Below, one piece after another: positions 1 through 49,500 of a stretch of DNA of 64,000 bases. This DNA comes from Octopus sinensis. Its lineage: Eukaryota. How positions within the stretch are numbered: position 1 is the first letter of the stretch; every line of letters begins with the position of its first letter. The stretch covers positions 49,042,001 through 49,106,000 of the forward strand of contig NC_043015.1 in assembly GCF_006345805.1 (NCBI RefSeq), read 5' to 3'. A model generated the notes under the pieces. It was given only the letters and a program-made list of their open reading frames with translations, was not told the origin of the DNA and searched no databases. The position numbers and the translations under genes were made by a program.

Positions 1-105
1 AATCACACTAATTAAATAATAAATTATAGACATGTGTGTGTGTGTGTGTGTGCAAAACCATATTTGACTATCATTCAAGATGCCAAAAAACATGTGCAGA
101 CAAGC

Positions 106-195
106 ACTAGTTGACATCATACTAGTTGACATCATACTAGTTGACATCATACTAGTTGACATCATACTAGTTGACATCATACTAGTTGACATCAT
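106..195. repeat. Perfect 15-bp tandem repeat (ACTAGTTGACATCAT) x6
   Basis: Six identical units read directly. Confidence 0.97.
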
Positions 196-467
196 AACAC
201 TATCAACAATACTTTTGGAAGAAGAAGAATATTTCTGAAGACTGACTTTGATTATTCAGTCTCAAGAAAATAATGTTGAGCATTGGTTAATGAAAGGTGT
301 TGTGGACATTAGATACAGCAGGGCAAGTAACTTGCTATACTTCACATTTAAAGAACAGCGTCTTTCTTAGAGAAAAGCTAAGTAAAAAAAAAAAAAAAAA
401 AAACCTTCATTGAAGTATTCAAATACTTGAAATAGAAAAGAAGCAGTTATTTAAAAAATAATTCAGA

Positions 468-473
468 TTTATT
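468..473 (-). terminator. Candidate polyadenylation signal for Scm
   Basis: AATAAA on the minus strand about 1.25 kb after the stop, followed by a long U-tract (plus-strand A-run near 384-403). Confidence 0.4.
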
Positions 474-650
474 GGGGAAAAACAAAGATCTACAAATTGA
501 TAAATGTTTCATTTGCTGTTAATTAATAGACAGGTGTTGTAAATTGGAATAAAAAAATTAAGTGAAACAATAGAATTTTACTTCTCTCTCTGAATGTATG
601 TATAATTTGTAATCCTGTTTTGGATGAGTCAATTTGTAAATGAGGTATAT

Positions 651-1078
651 ATAACCTGCTGGGTATAGATGTAACTGAATAATGCAGGTTGCTGAACACA
701 GATGGAACTCAACAATACAGATAGCAGAGTAATCTAGACGTAACTGAGTAATAAAGCCTGCTGAGTAGAATAGATGCCATTGAGTAACACAGCCAGCTGA
801 GTAGTACAATCTGCTGAGTAGCTAAGCAATGCAGGCAGTTGAGTATAGATGTCACTGAATAATATTATATAGCCTGCTGAGTCCAGATATAACTGAGTAA
901 TACAACCTGTTGAGTATAGATGTGATTGAGCAATACAGCTAGCTGAACACTGAGGGGATTCAATAATACAGCCTGCTGAGTATAGAGATGTGTAGTACAA
1001 CCTGCTGAGTATAGACGGAACTCAATAATACAACCTACTGAGCCACAGTGCAACTGAGTAATATAGCCTGTTGAGCAG
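651..1078. repeat. Degenerate ~33-bp minisatellite, about 13 units
   Basis: Units resemble ACAACCTGCTGAGTATAGATGGAACTCAATAAT, with 16/17-bp sub-periodicity; they explain ORFs 558..809, 734..1000 and 865..1053. Confidence 0.85.
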
Positions 1079-1714
1079 AAAATTCAGAACTGTTCAGTTT
1101 TCACAGACGATTCACTTAGTTATTGCTTTTAAACAGCAATAAGCTTCAGTGATCCTCACTGGTGGTGGTCGTGGGTGAAGTTAGCTCTTAACAAATACAC
1201 TGACCCAAACGATAACTGGATCATTTTTTCACTGTTATTTTAGGGGGGACGCCATCCCGCCCTCATAACAATGATAACAAAATATACCATGCTGTTACTA
1301 CAAGACAAATATGATAGAATGGAGTCGTCGACAGACTTTGCTAATGTGTATCTGAGTGCTTGCATGTGTGTGTGTGTGTGTGTATGTCTTTGATGAAACT
1401 AAGAAAAAAAAACCACTTAAAAAACCCTCTCCCTGGCATTTATGAGAAACCTCTGTGCATCAGTTCAATGGCTAAGCTGAGAAAGCTGATGTTGTGGGCT
1501 TGGTGTGAAATGTAGACAATCCACGTCTATAATTATTATTATTATTATTGTGAAATGCAGACAATCCACGTTCTATATTAATTGTGGGTCGGTAAGTAGT
1601 TAGTATTGCTGATAATTCAAGAAAATAGTGTTGCTTAGAAAAGAGGCACTACAATGGAAGATAGAGCCAGCTGAAATGAGAAGATGAAAGACAACAAAAA
1701 CAAAAAAAACCATT

Positions 1715-38301
<36,587 letters not shown>

Positions 38302-38387
38302 CTGGAATTGAAAGATAGAAATATTTATTCAAAATGACATCAACACTTCATCAAATTTTTACATACTTCAAGCTGATTGAAATCCAC

Positions 38388-38496
38388 CTGTCATACACAA
38401 CCACCACATTACACAAGGTCAGATGGTAATCGTTTTTGTCTCTACGTTTCTTATAATACATTCTTTACATTACAATAACTGTTGGACATTTTGAGT
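38388..38496 (-). other. Candidate Scm 5' exon carrying a start codon (MWWLCMTG, phase 1)
   Basis: Acceptor gttgccttacag, donor CAG|GTGGAT; an 86-nt intron would join ATG 38409 (or the second ATG) in frame to exon 38231-38301. No homology support. Confidence 0.35.
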
Positions 38497-40001
38497 CTGT
38501 AAGGCAACCACAGAGAGTTCTAACAACTTAGTGTATTCTACCATATTATTCCATTAAATCATCATCATCATTGCTTAACATCCGCTTTCCATGCTAGCAT
38601 GGGTTGGACGATTTGACTGAGGACTGGCAAACCAGATGACTGCACCAGGCTCCAATCTGATCTGGCAGAGTTTCTACAGCTGGATGCCCTTCCTAATGCC
38701 AACCACTCCATAAGTGTAGTGGGTGCTTTTACGTGCCACCGGCACGAAGGCCAGTCAGACAGCAATTCTTTTACCTCTTTCAGTCATTTGACTGCAGCCA
38801 TGCTGGAGCACTGCCTTTAATCAAACAATTTGACCCGAGGACTTATTCTTTGTAAGCCTAGCACTTCTATCAGTCTCTATTGACGAACCGCTAAGTTACG
38901 GTGACGTAAACACACCAGTTGTCAAGCGATGTTGGGGGGACAAACACAAACATATACACACACACACACACATATATACGACGGGCTTCTTTCAGTTTCT
39001 CTCAACTAAATCCACTCACAAGACTTTGGTCGGCCTGAGGCTATAATAGAAGACACTTGCCCAAGGTGCCACGCAGTGGGACTGAACCCAGAACCGTGTG
39101 GTTGGTAAGCAAGCTACTTACCACACAGCCACTCCTACACCTATATCTGTAAACATAAATACGAGTGAGTAGACAAACGAAAGATAAGAACACTTAACAC
39201 ATTTAGTAGGAGTTACATGTATTATTTAAAAGAGTTTGATTTGGCACCATGCGACTTAAAGTTTCTTGGGCCCCTAACAGAAGCCTGTCTCAGTAATCTA
39301 AAGCTCGAAAGAGATGGGCCCATAAAACTAAGTTGCATGGAACCAGATCAAACAGTTTTAAATAATGAGTGTGTGAGTGTGTGTACACATTCACACACCA
39401 AATCTACTCACAGGGCTTTGGTTAGCCTGGGGCTATTGCAGAAAGCATTTGCTGCGCAGTAGGACTGAACCCAAAACCATATAACTGGGAAGCAAACTTG
39501 TTAACCTCACAGCCACACCTGCATCCTATTGTAATCAATACAAATATTTAATACACGTCAATTTATGCTAACTTATTCATTAACACATCACCAATTCCCA
39601 ATTTTGTTTTGTTTTCCAGGTAGATTAGCCGAGTTGAATTTTTTTCTTTTTTAATGCAAATCATAATCCAAATGTTGAGTAAGGACCGAATGAGTACAAC
39701 CGTGAAAATAAGTGGCGAAAATGGGGTCCCTCCAGGTTGAACTGCTACTTCTCTACACTGAAAGGTCAAAGTTCCAGTAAATGGATTCTTTGAGCCAAGC
39801 CAAACTGCAGGAGACCTAGCAGTAGACCAAGAACGTGATGGTTGGATAATCCAAACAGGTGAGGATTGATGACAGGAAAGGCATCCAGATATAGACAATG
39901 ACTCAATGAATTCCATCTAATCTATGCAAGCACGCATATACGAACATTATAGACAGATAGCTATATAATATATACATAAGTACACACACAAGCATTAACA
40001 T

Positions 40002-40034
<33 letters not shown>

Positions 40035-40086
40035 CAACACACACACACACACATATATATATATACACACACACATACACGTATAT

Positions 40087-40128
<42 letters not shown>

Positions 40129-43100
40129 AAATTAAAAAAGGAAAATACGCACACTTACACAGTTTTAATATAATTTTTAATATATCGACTGGTTTCGCTG
40201 TCGCTATTCATGATATTATGTTTTACTTATTTGAATATGTGTATTTTTTCTTAAGAAGAAATTTTGTCCATGTTGTGTGTGATACACAAATATAAACCTT
40301 TCTATTATAAGCACAAGGCTCTGAAACTTCAGGGGAGAGAGGGCAATTGATCAGATCGACCCCAGTATGTAACTGGTACTTAATTTATTGACCCTGAAGG
40401 GATGAAAAGCAAAGTTGACCTTGGCGGAATTTGGACTCAGAACATAGTGGCAGACGAAATACCGCTAAGCATTTTGCCTGGCATGCTAACGATTCTGCCA
40501 GCTAGCTGCCTTACATACACAAATATACTGTAGAGGAATTGTGACGACTAGAAAATAGAGTAAGCATGATTCACTGGGTGTGGTGCAAAATCAGTGTATA
40601 TATACGACAAAGTGGAAATGTGTTGAGAGGGAAACTGAAAAGAACAATCAGATGTAATGAGCAAGAGAGAAGACTGCACTGATGGGCACGTGATACGTAT
40701 GGATGAAGACAGCTGTATAAAGAAGTATCACTAGCTTAATGTGGATGGAGTTTGTAGAAGAATGGAAACCCAGGAAGACATGGAATGAAGTGATGAATGC
40801 TCTCTCGAGACTTTGAACCTCAGAGTAAATAACCATGTGTACTCTTTACTCTTTTACTTGCTTCAGTCATTTGACTAAGGCCATGCTCGAGCACTGCCTT
40901 TAGTCAAGCAAATTGACCCCAGGACTTATTCTTTGGAAGCCTAGTACTTATTCTATTGGTCTCTTTTGCTGAACCGCTAAGTGATGGGGGACGTAAACAT
41001 GCCAGCATTGGTTGTCAAGCGATGTTGGAGGGGACAAACATATACACACACACATGCATACATACATATATACTACGGGATTCTTTCAGTTTCCATCTAC
41101 CAAATCCACTCACAAGGCTTTGGTCGGCCCGAAGCTATAGTAGAAGACACTTAGTGTCACGCAGTGGGACTGAACCCGGAACCATGTGGTTCGTAAGCAA
41201 GCTACTTACCACACAGCCACTCCTACATTTTTAGTTATTTTGGTCTGGTAAGTGTTGTCTCCTAATTGCTTCTATCTAGAAATCAAAGGAAATGGCTACT
41301 ATTCCCTTCAAATTTTGCTTTTGTGACCTGGACATCAATGTCTTGAAACTGACCAATTTTCCATTACATTGCAGAGATTCAGCACTGAATTGCTGAAGCA
41401 GAATTTTCTAGAAGTTTCTAAATGTTTCGAGAATTTCTGGAACGTTCTGGAAACACAGATGGCAGTATAAGTACAGGGATCATAAGCTCAAACCGTTTAG
41501 TTTACTTCTTAATATAACAAAAGCAAAGTCTGAAAGAGATATTGGCCATTTTTCCTACCTTCTAGGGGTATGTAAATAGTAACCTACTTGCTACACAAGG
41601 ACAAAAACCATGTTAGTGTAACTGAGCATGATGACTGACAATACAATGCTTAAGAACTGTATTGCTTGCTTGCGAAGACCTGTTGAGGAAATTCGATGAC
41701 TCGCATCCATGCTAGTGGAGCGCTAAGAGCACCATCCGAGCGTGATCGTTGCCAGAGCAGCTAACTGGCTTCCATGCTGGTGGCACATAAAAATCACCAT
41801 TCATGCGTGATGTTACCAGCATTGCCTTACTGGCACTTGAAAAAAACATTTGAGCGAGGTCGTTGCCAGTGCTGCTGGACTAGCTCCTGTACAGGTGGCA
41901 CGTAAAAAACACCATTTGAGCGTGGCCATTGCAAGTACTACCTGACTGGCCCTCGTGCAGGTGGCACGTAAAAACACCCACTACTCTCTCGGAGTGGTTG
42001 GCGTTAGGAAGGGCATCTAGCTGTAGAAACTCTGCCAGATCAGACTGGAGCCTGGTGCAGCCATCTGGTTCGCCAGCCCTCAGTCAAATCGTCCAACCCA
42101 TGCTAGCATGGAAAATGGACGTTAAATGATGATGGTGATGATGAAGACCTACCCGTATTAATGAGACATGTCCTGGAAGCACATTGTGTATATACCTAAC
42201 TGGACCCTTTACCCAATTTGCTTGTCACCCCCTATCCCCCCACCCACCATCACATATCTCTACTACTAAATCCTCTATTATTTGCCTAACTATAATATTC
42301 TGCTACTGTAATTAAATAGGACTACCTATTTTATCATTTTTCTGTGACACCAGTTATCTTCCAGACTACTTTGACCTACTTCATTTGACATTCGTTCGTC
42401 ATCCCTTCCCACTCATATTTCACATTACTCACCCTTTTGTGTTACCAAACAATCTCTTCTCTGAACCCCGCTTCCTATGGACTTCTCCCTTGGCCATCTT
42501 GCCCCACACTCTTGCAAACTGCCTACCTACATGCCATTTCCCTTTCCCACATTCTTACTCTGTCAATTGTATTGTTATTACTATTCTGCTGATCTTCACC
42601 CCTTTCTGTACTGACAGACATCACCTACTCTCCCTTATATTCCCTCCATTTCACATGTATCATTGATCATTCCCTCTTCTTCACCCAATCTCCAGTCAGC
42701 ATCTAGTCTTTTCTACCTTCCTTCAAATTCGTATCTATCACTGACTATTCCTCTTCCCTTGTTTATCTCAGAATTTGTAACCATCCCTTCCCATGCACTC
42801 TTGCAACCCTTTTTGTTCTGCCCCCATTCACTTTTACTCCCCTTTTTTTGTAACTTGGGGACCCACCCTGTTACCTCGTTACCATTATTTTCATCTCTTT
42901 TCTCAGCTCCACTTCAATTAATCTTATCCAATCTTGTATAAGGTAGGGCAGCCACAGATCATCTCTACAGCTAGAAATTTCCTACCTACCTTTTTGCACA
43001 ATGCTAAGGGAAGTAATTCAAATGAATAAAGATGCAGAGAAAGAGAGAGAAAGAAATAGAGAGACAAATGAATGAGAAAAAGGGTAAAAATGATATAAAA

Positions 43101-43250
43101 ATTTAAACACAAAGAAGGAAGAACAGTAGAAAGAATACCAGAATGTAGCAAAGTTTGCAACATCACTGAATCTTTAGTTATCTCATTCTCTCTCTTTGCT
43201 TTCTTTGCAGTGTTTTCAAATTATTTCTTGGAATGTAGAATAATTATTCG

Positions 43251-43616
43251 TGACGTATATTTGCCATTTAAATATGACTAACCCCTAAGGGTGGATGCTA
43301 CTGTAGTTTGTAGCCCCAGGAGGACACCTCCTCCAGCTGGTTTTAGACACACTTTCTGTGCCCTATCAGTATTTGCAAAGGGAAGCCATCCTTCCCGTCT
43401 TCAACTTATGATACACACGGACTAGAGTTTCTGGGTATTCTCGAGTCCGTGTGTATCATAAGTTGAAGACGGGAAGGATGGCTTCCCATTGCAAATACTG
43501 ATAGGGTACAGAAAGAGTGTCTAAAGTCAGCTGGAGGAGGTGTCCTCCTGGGGCTACAAACTACAGTAGCATCCACCCTTAGGGGTTAGCCATATTTAAA
43601 TGGCAAATATATGTCA
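43251..43616. repeat. Near-perfect palindrome: 177-bp arms, 12-nt loop
   Basis: Arms 43251-43427 and 43440-43616; about 8 mismatches counted by eye. Confidence 0.95.
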
Positions 43617-46555
43617 TGATGTGTTGCAGCTACTGTTTATAACTTGCTCTCAGATTTATTATTAAAATAATTATTCCTTAATAAAAACAGTAAAAAGTAC
43701 TAAGATCTGAATTTATTTACATCAGTATAAAAATTTATCCCTATAGCATTCAATGCTTATTTATTTACAATGTTTTATATTTTATCATGCATTATCTCAT
43801 AGCTTCGTGATTTCAATAATGTGATTGTTTATATTTTGTAGGATAATGCAAGGAGGTAGGTGGAAGAGGTCAAATCTGGCCAGTTTGACCCTTTTATATT
43901 CAGATTACTTTCTCAAATGTGATGCTTATTTATTCACATTAATTCGAATTACTCAGGCATCATCCGGTACCTTTAAGATTTCAAAGATGTGATTGTATAT
44001 TTTTAGAATGACATTGTAGGGTAGGTGAGAGAGGCCAGACCTGGCCAGCTTGACCATAAAACAGATAAAATATTTGGCCAGTTTAAATGCTAAAGGGTTA
44101 AATGGTAGAGAAAGTCTGTAAAGAAGTGTTTGAAACAATGGTAAAATTGGAAAGATATTTGATGAAAATGAAATAAAGATGTGCTGTGAACAGATGGCAG
44201 ATAATTATAAAAACAAAGTAGACATGACAAAACCCATTTAAGATTGGATTAGAATGTAAGTATATGGAAAATATGGGAATATTAAAATAATGCTTAATGG
44301 TAAAGTTAGGTGTCATACCTTCAAAATAAGGACAATGAGTCATTGAGTGTCACAATAAAGATCTAGGTTTTTGCTAGTTTTATTTAAGGGATATCAGGGT
44401 TTTTTTTTTGTAAATGTACATTGTACTGCATAAAAAATATTTTCTCATGCCATAATAACAAAACAACAATACATTCAAAGCCAAATATGTTCTTATTATG
44501 TAAACTAGAGGCTGTTTGAAAGCTAATTTTATTCAGATTGCAAATAAAGAAAATATATAACAATTTTAAAGTGAACAAGCATATGTGTGTGTGTGTGCAT
44601 GTGTTTTGTGTGTGTTTGTGTGTGCAAGGAGTATAAGTGCATGTGATATATATTTGAGAGATATTTACTCATAAACATAAAGGTGTAGATTATTATGTAA
44701 TAGTGCAAGATTTACTTCCCTAAACTAGTTTTCAAAAACAAACAAAAAAAAACATCCTTGACCAAGGCCAGCACCAAAAGCCAAAACCATTTAACTGTGA
44801 TGCAACACACATAAATTCTAACTACAAGTAAAGAGTTTCTAAAAGCATTTACAAGCAACTTTTCTCTCACTCAAACACAGTAAAAAATTGATCAAATACT
44901 TAAAATTATGTATTTCACTCATCATCATCATTTAATATCCATTTCCTATGCTGGCAATTGAGCACTTTATTCTAGGACTCCCTGTACTTATTCAACAGGA
45001 AAGGATAATGTAAGACTTTCTTTCATATCAATTTCTCATACAAGGAAGACAAATGAAAAGATACTCCTTGATTCTAAATTTTTTCATTTAAAACGGATTA
45101 GTCGTGTCCTTACAAAAGACAAAGCTGAGAGGAATTTCAGAATTAAGACTAAACTCTTTGTAGTATTTTAGTTTCATTCCTCTATGCCAAGTGTTGACAG
45201 ATAAAGCACCAGGGATGTCTGACCTCAACTCTCAAGCAACTATTTCCTGTTAATGTTCAACCTTGTGCTAATGTCAGGATTCATTAAGTCATTAGACAAA
45301 CAATATAGCAAAAAAAAAATCAGATTAATTAAAAAAAAAAAAAAGAAAATTACAGCACAACAGCTTGAATGCAATTAAGTATGAGCAACCAGTTTTAAAT
45401 GATACAGCTGTTGTATTTATAATTAAGTAACATTAGGGCTGATGACATATTTTGTCTCTGGTCCAAGGAGTTATTTAAAAAAAAATGTTTCTCTCTCTCT
45501 CTCTCACACACACACAAATAGAGCAAATATTGCACAATTGTTTGATTGTTCCTTACTATTTTAGAATTCCTTACTGTCAGAAATACAGAAGAGTAAATAA
45601 TATAAATTGAAGTGGTGAGCTTCATTATGTCCCAGAGTCAGAGTAATTATAAAAATAAGGGAAGAGAAAAAAAAAAGAACAAATTAATCAGAAAATACAT
45701 TAACAAAATTTCTTAATTTCGTTAATTAAAAAATACATACACAAAATTAAAAATGTTGCAGTTAGATATAGTAGACAGGAGCAAGTATGGTGAGTAGTTA
45801 ATAAGCCTGTTTTTCAATCATGTGCTTTTGGGTTCAACTTCACTGTGTAGCACCTTGGGCAAGTGTCTTCTATTGTAACCTTGGACTGACCAATGCTTTT
45901 GAGTGAAATTTAATAGATGGAAACAGTAAGGAAGCCCATCATATATATATATAAGAGGGAATGAAGGCACTCAGTATTTGACAAATTTACCGTTCAGGTT
46001 GTGATTCCTACGAGTAATCACATTAAACTCCCACTTTTGCATGACCCTAAAGGGTTGTGTGTTATCTGAAAAAGGGGCTATAATGTAATGTAAAGAGCAA
46101 TTCAATAATGAGAGAAAAGAAAACCATGGGCTTGAACTTGGCACTATGCTATCTTTATATGTTACATATGTTTCAGTAGCTAGGATTAATTAATGACGTC
46201 ACTGATTCGGTCTGATGTGGTGTCTGGTTTTGATTATGCATGCTGCACCTGTAAGTTGCACCTAGGGATTGCATTCATAGTGTGACATCATTAATTAATT
46301 AAACACTGGTTTCTACAAGGCACAAGGCCAGCAATTTCAAAAGGAGGGGTTAGTTGATTAGCTTGACCTCAGTGCTTGGCTGGTACTTATTTTATCGACC
46401 CTGGGAGGATGAAAGGCAAAGTCGGAATTTGAACTCAAAATGTAAAGACAGATGAAATGCCTGGCAGACTAACTAACTAATTACCAAATACTGAAACCTA
46501 TTTAACAGATGTAGTAAAGGAATACCAAGTTCCCACCCATGTTTTTTTCTCTCAT

Positions 46556-46586
<31 letters not shown>

Positions 46587-49500
46587 GCATGTACGTGTGT
46601 ATGTGTGTTTGTCTATATGTGCCTTTGCACTGACACTGCTTGGAGATGGGCAAAGCAGCAGTGACATTTGTTTAGGATCCACAATTGGTGAAACAACACA
46701 TGAAGACCAGAGATTGAAGTAGCTTTCTTGAAAACAACAGTGGACAGTTTTACACTACCTCAGAGAAATTTTACTGAACCCAAAGTGAAGAAAGTAGATG
46801 CAAAAACAACAATGAAGATGCTGATAGCTTTTGGGATTTTAATGTCGATCAATCTCAAGAATGCATAAACATGGTCTCCATACATGCCAGTGCTGCCTTG
46901 ACTGGCTTTCGTGTTGGTGGCACGTAAAAAGCACCAACCGATCGTGGCCGTTGCCAGCCTCCTCTGGCCCGTGTCGGTGGCATGTAAAAAAGCACTCACT
47001 ACACTAACGGAGTGGTTGGCGTTAGGAAGGGCATCCAGCTGTAGAAACACTGCCAGATCAGACTGGAGCCTGGTGCAGCCTCCTGGCTTCCCAGACTCCG
47101 GTTGAACCGTCCAACCCATGCTAGCATGGAAAACGGACGTTAAACGATGATGATGATGATGATGACACACATGGACACAAGCTCACACGCTTGCATACAT
47201 ACACATGCAAATGTTGGCTATTAAACAGAAGTTATAATTTCCTTAACTGTTCTTCAGATATACGTATATTTTTTTTTGTTGTATCCTAGTGCTTTTGTGA
47301 TTAAATAAACTACAAGAATGAACAAATATCATTCAGTACTGAAGCTAATATTAAGAATGTGAACAAACTTGCTTCTTATACCAATACTAACCTGGATAGT
47401 CATATTGATATGACGAGCCCTTTGAACTCGATGACATTGTCGATTCCTCACAGTTGTAAGCAACTGAAAAGCAGGATTAGGAAAAACTTGGATAAAAGAA
47501 ATATCACAAAACATTCCTTAGAAAACAATAAGTCTCCAAATTATTTGAATAAATGTTTTTTTTTTTTTTTGGAATGTAGAAAGAGAAAAAAAAAAGGTGA
47601 GGAGGGAGTTTTTCAGACTTAAAATGTAGTGCTTTTAATGAGCTTTCCCACCAGTTTTCTACGGGCAATTTACGAGCAGATATTCACTTCATACGTTGTT
47701 GAATTTTTACAACTCCACACTTCTGCTGCCCTTCAGCACGAATATATCAAGTATGAATAGTTTTAACAATACCAATAAACATGGAGTTTAGGAATAAGAG
47801 AGAACATTTTCAGTCTTGGTTAGATCTGATGGCATTCGTCTATCAGTTTGCCTGACACTTAACAATTTTGAAACATTTAATATAATAACTTAGGGTAGTT
47901 TCTTCAGATCCATTTCCAGATGTTACGGTTAAATGAGAGTTTTGATGTGTATCTACTAAGGAATTTATGAAAATTATGAAATGTCTTTGTATCTGAACGT
48001 GTTTACATCAATTTAGAGGTAATAGTCACCTGCTTTTATATAGTTATATGCAACAATGTTTTGTGTGTAGTATGTGTTCTGGAAGATATTTTTGTTCCTC
48101 TGAGGTGTAGTAAATAAATGTGTATGTATGTATTGTATCTATATGTGTATTATATCTGCAAATGTTAAAAAAAAAACAAAAAAAAAAGACATTCTAAATA
48201 CAGTTAGAAATCAAAAGAAATAAAAATTACAAAAATATAAGCAAATTTTTTAATATCATATGGAGATAATCTATTTTATTTTTCTTGTATTTTACATTTT
48301 ATGGCATTACTAAAATCTAAAAATTAAAATTAATTTATACAGCTAATAAAATAATAAAATGACTAGCAACATAAATTAAACATACATTTATCAACAGAAT
48401 GTGATGTTACTAAGTTTAATATTTTCTATGAAGTACATCAAAATCTAAGACAACTATCTTAATGTTGTCAGCTGTTATCTAAATATTTGAATTAAAAACA
48501 AAACAAAACAATAAATAAATAAAAAAAAACAACATAAACAACATACATTCATACATTTCAGTATTTTGTCGGGAAGAATATCAAAACATTTTAAAAGAAT
48601 AAAAGCGTAATAATGATATTTCATTTTTTTTTTTTTTTTGGAAGTAAAATGGTGTTGACACCAACCCCTTGAAATGTTTATTTCTAAATAATGAAATACT
48701 AAAATTTAATATCTACAAAAAAAAAAAAAGATAAAAAAATAAAATAAATAAAAAAATTCTGAATTTATAAAATAGTCAATAAAATTGTTTTTAGAAAGTA
48801 AAAAAAAACATGTATTTTCCCAAGAAACTTATGCTCCTGAGTCAAGAAAAGACTGATTGAATAATAGCTGGTCCTTGATCTAACCAATTCTGAATGAACT
48901 GATTGTGTCATGTTTTACCAAAAAGGAGTGGCTGTGTGGTAAGTAGCTTGCTTACCAACCACATGGTACCGGGTTCAGTCCCACTGCGTGGCACCTTGGA
49001 CAAGTGTCTTCTACTATAGCCTCGGGACGACCAAAGCCTTGTGAGTGGATTTGGTAGGCGGAAACTGAAAGAAGGCCATCATATATATGTGTGTCCCCCC
49101 CAAATATCGCTTCACAATCGATAGTGTGTTTACGTCCCAGTCACTTAGCAGTTCGGCAAAAGAGACCGATAGAATAAGTACGAGGCTAACAAAGAATAAG
49201 TCATGGGGTTGATTTGCTCAACTACAGGCGGTGCTCCAGCATGGCCACAGACCGAAACAAATAAAAGAACAAAAGAATTAAAAATTTTAAATACACTATA
49301 ACAAGTTTGGAGCTATTTCTTATTGGAGCAGTTTGAAATAAGATCTTTGTTGTTGCGGAATGACGAATGAGGTATCTATTAGCTGAAATACTCATTGAAA
49401 TTACTCATACTGGTGTTAATTTATCAACAACTAGATAGTGAGTGTCTGTTTAAGCTTATCCTCATTACCATCAATATTTAACATCCGTTTTTCATGCCGG

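Noticed and set aside
106-195. Possible CRISPR-like array
   Set aside because: No spacers, no cas genes, eukaryotic context.
39563-39916. 117-aa minus-strand ORF near the Scm 5' end
   Set aside because: The sequence aligns with the RTE-like 3' fragment at about 4900-4970; it is the antisense frame of a LINE remnant.
46620-47622. Coding-looking plus-strand stretches, including ORF 47359..47622
   Set aside because: Stops in every frame at 46620-46880, no recognisable family, and no convincing splice pair.
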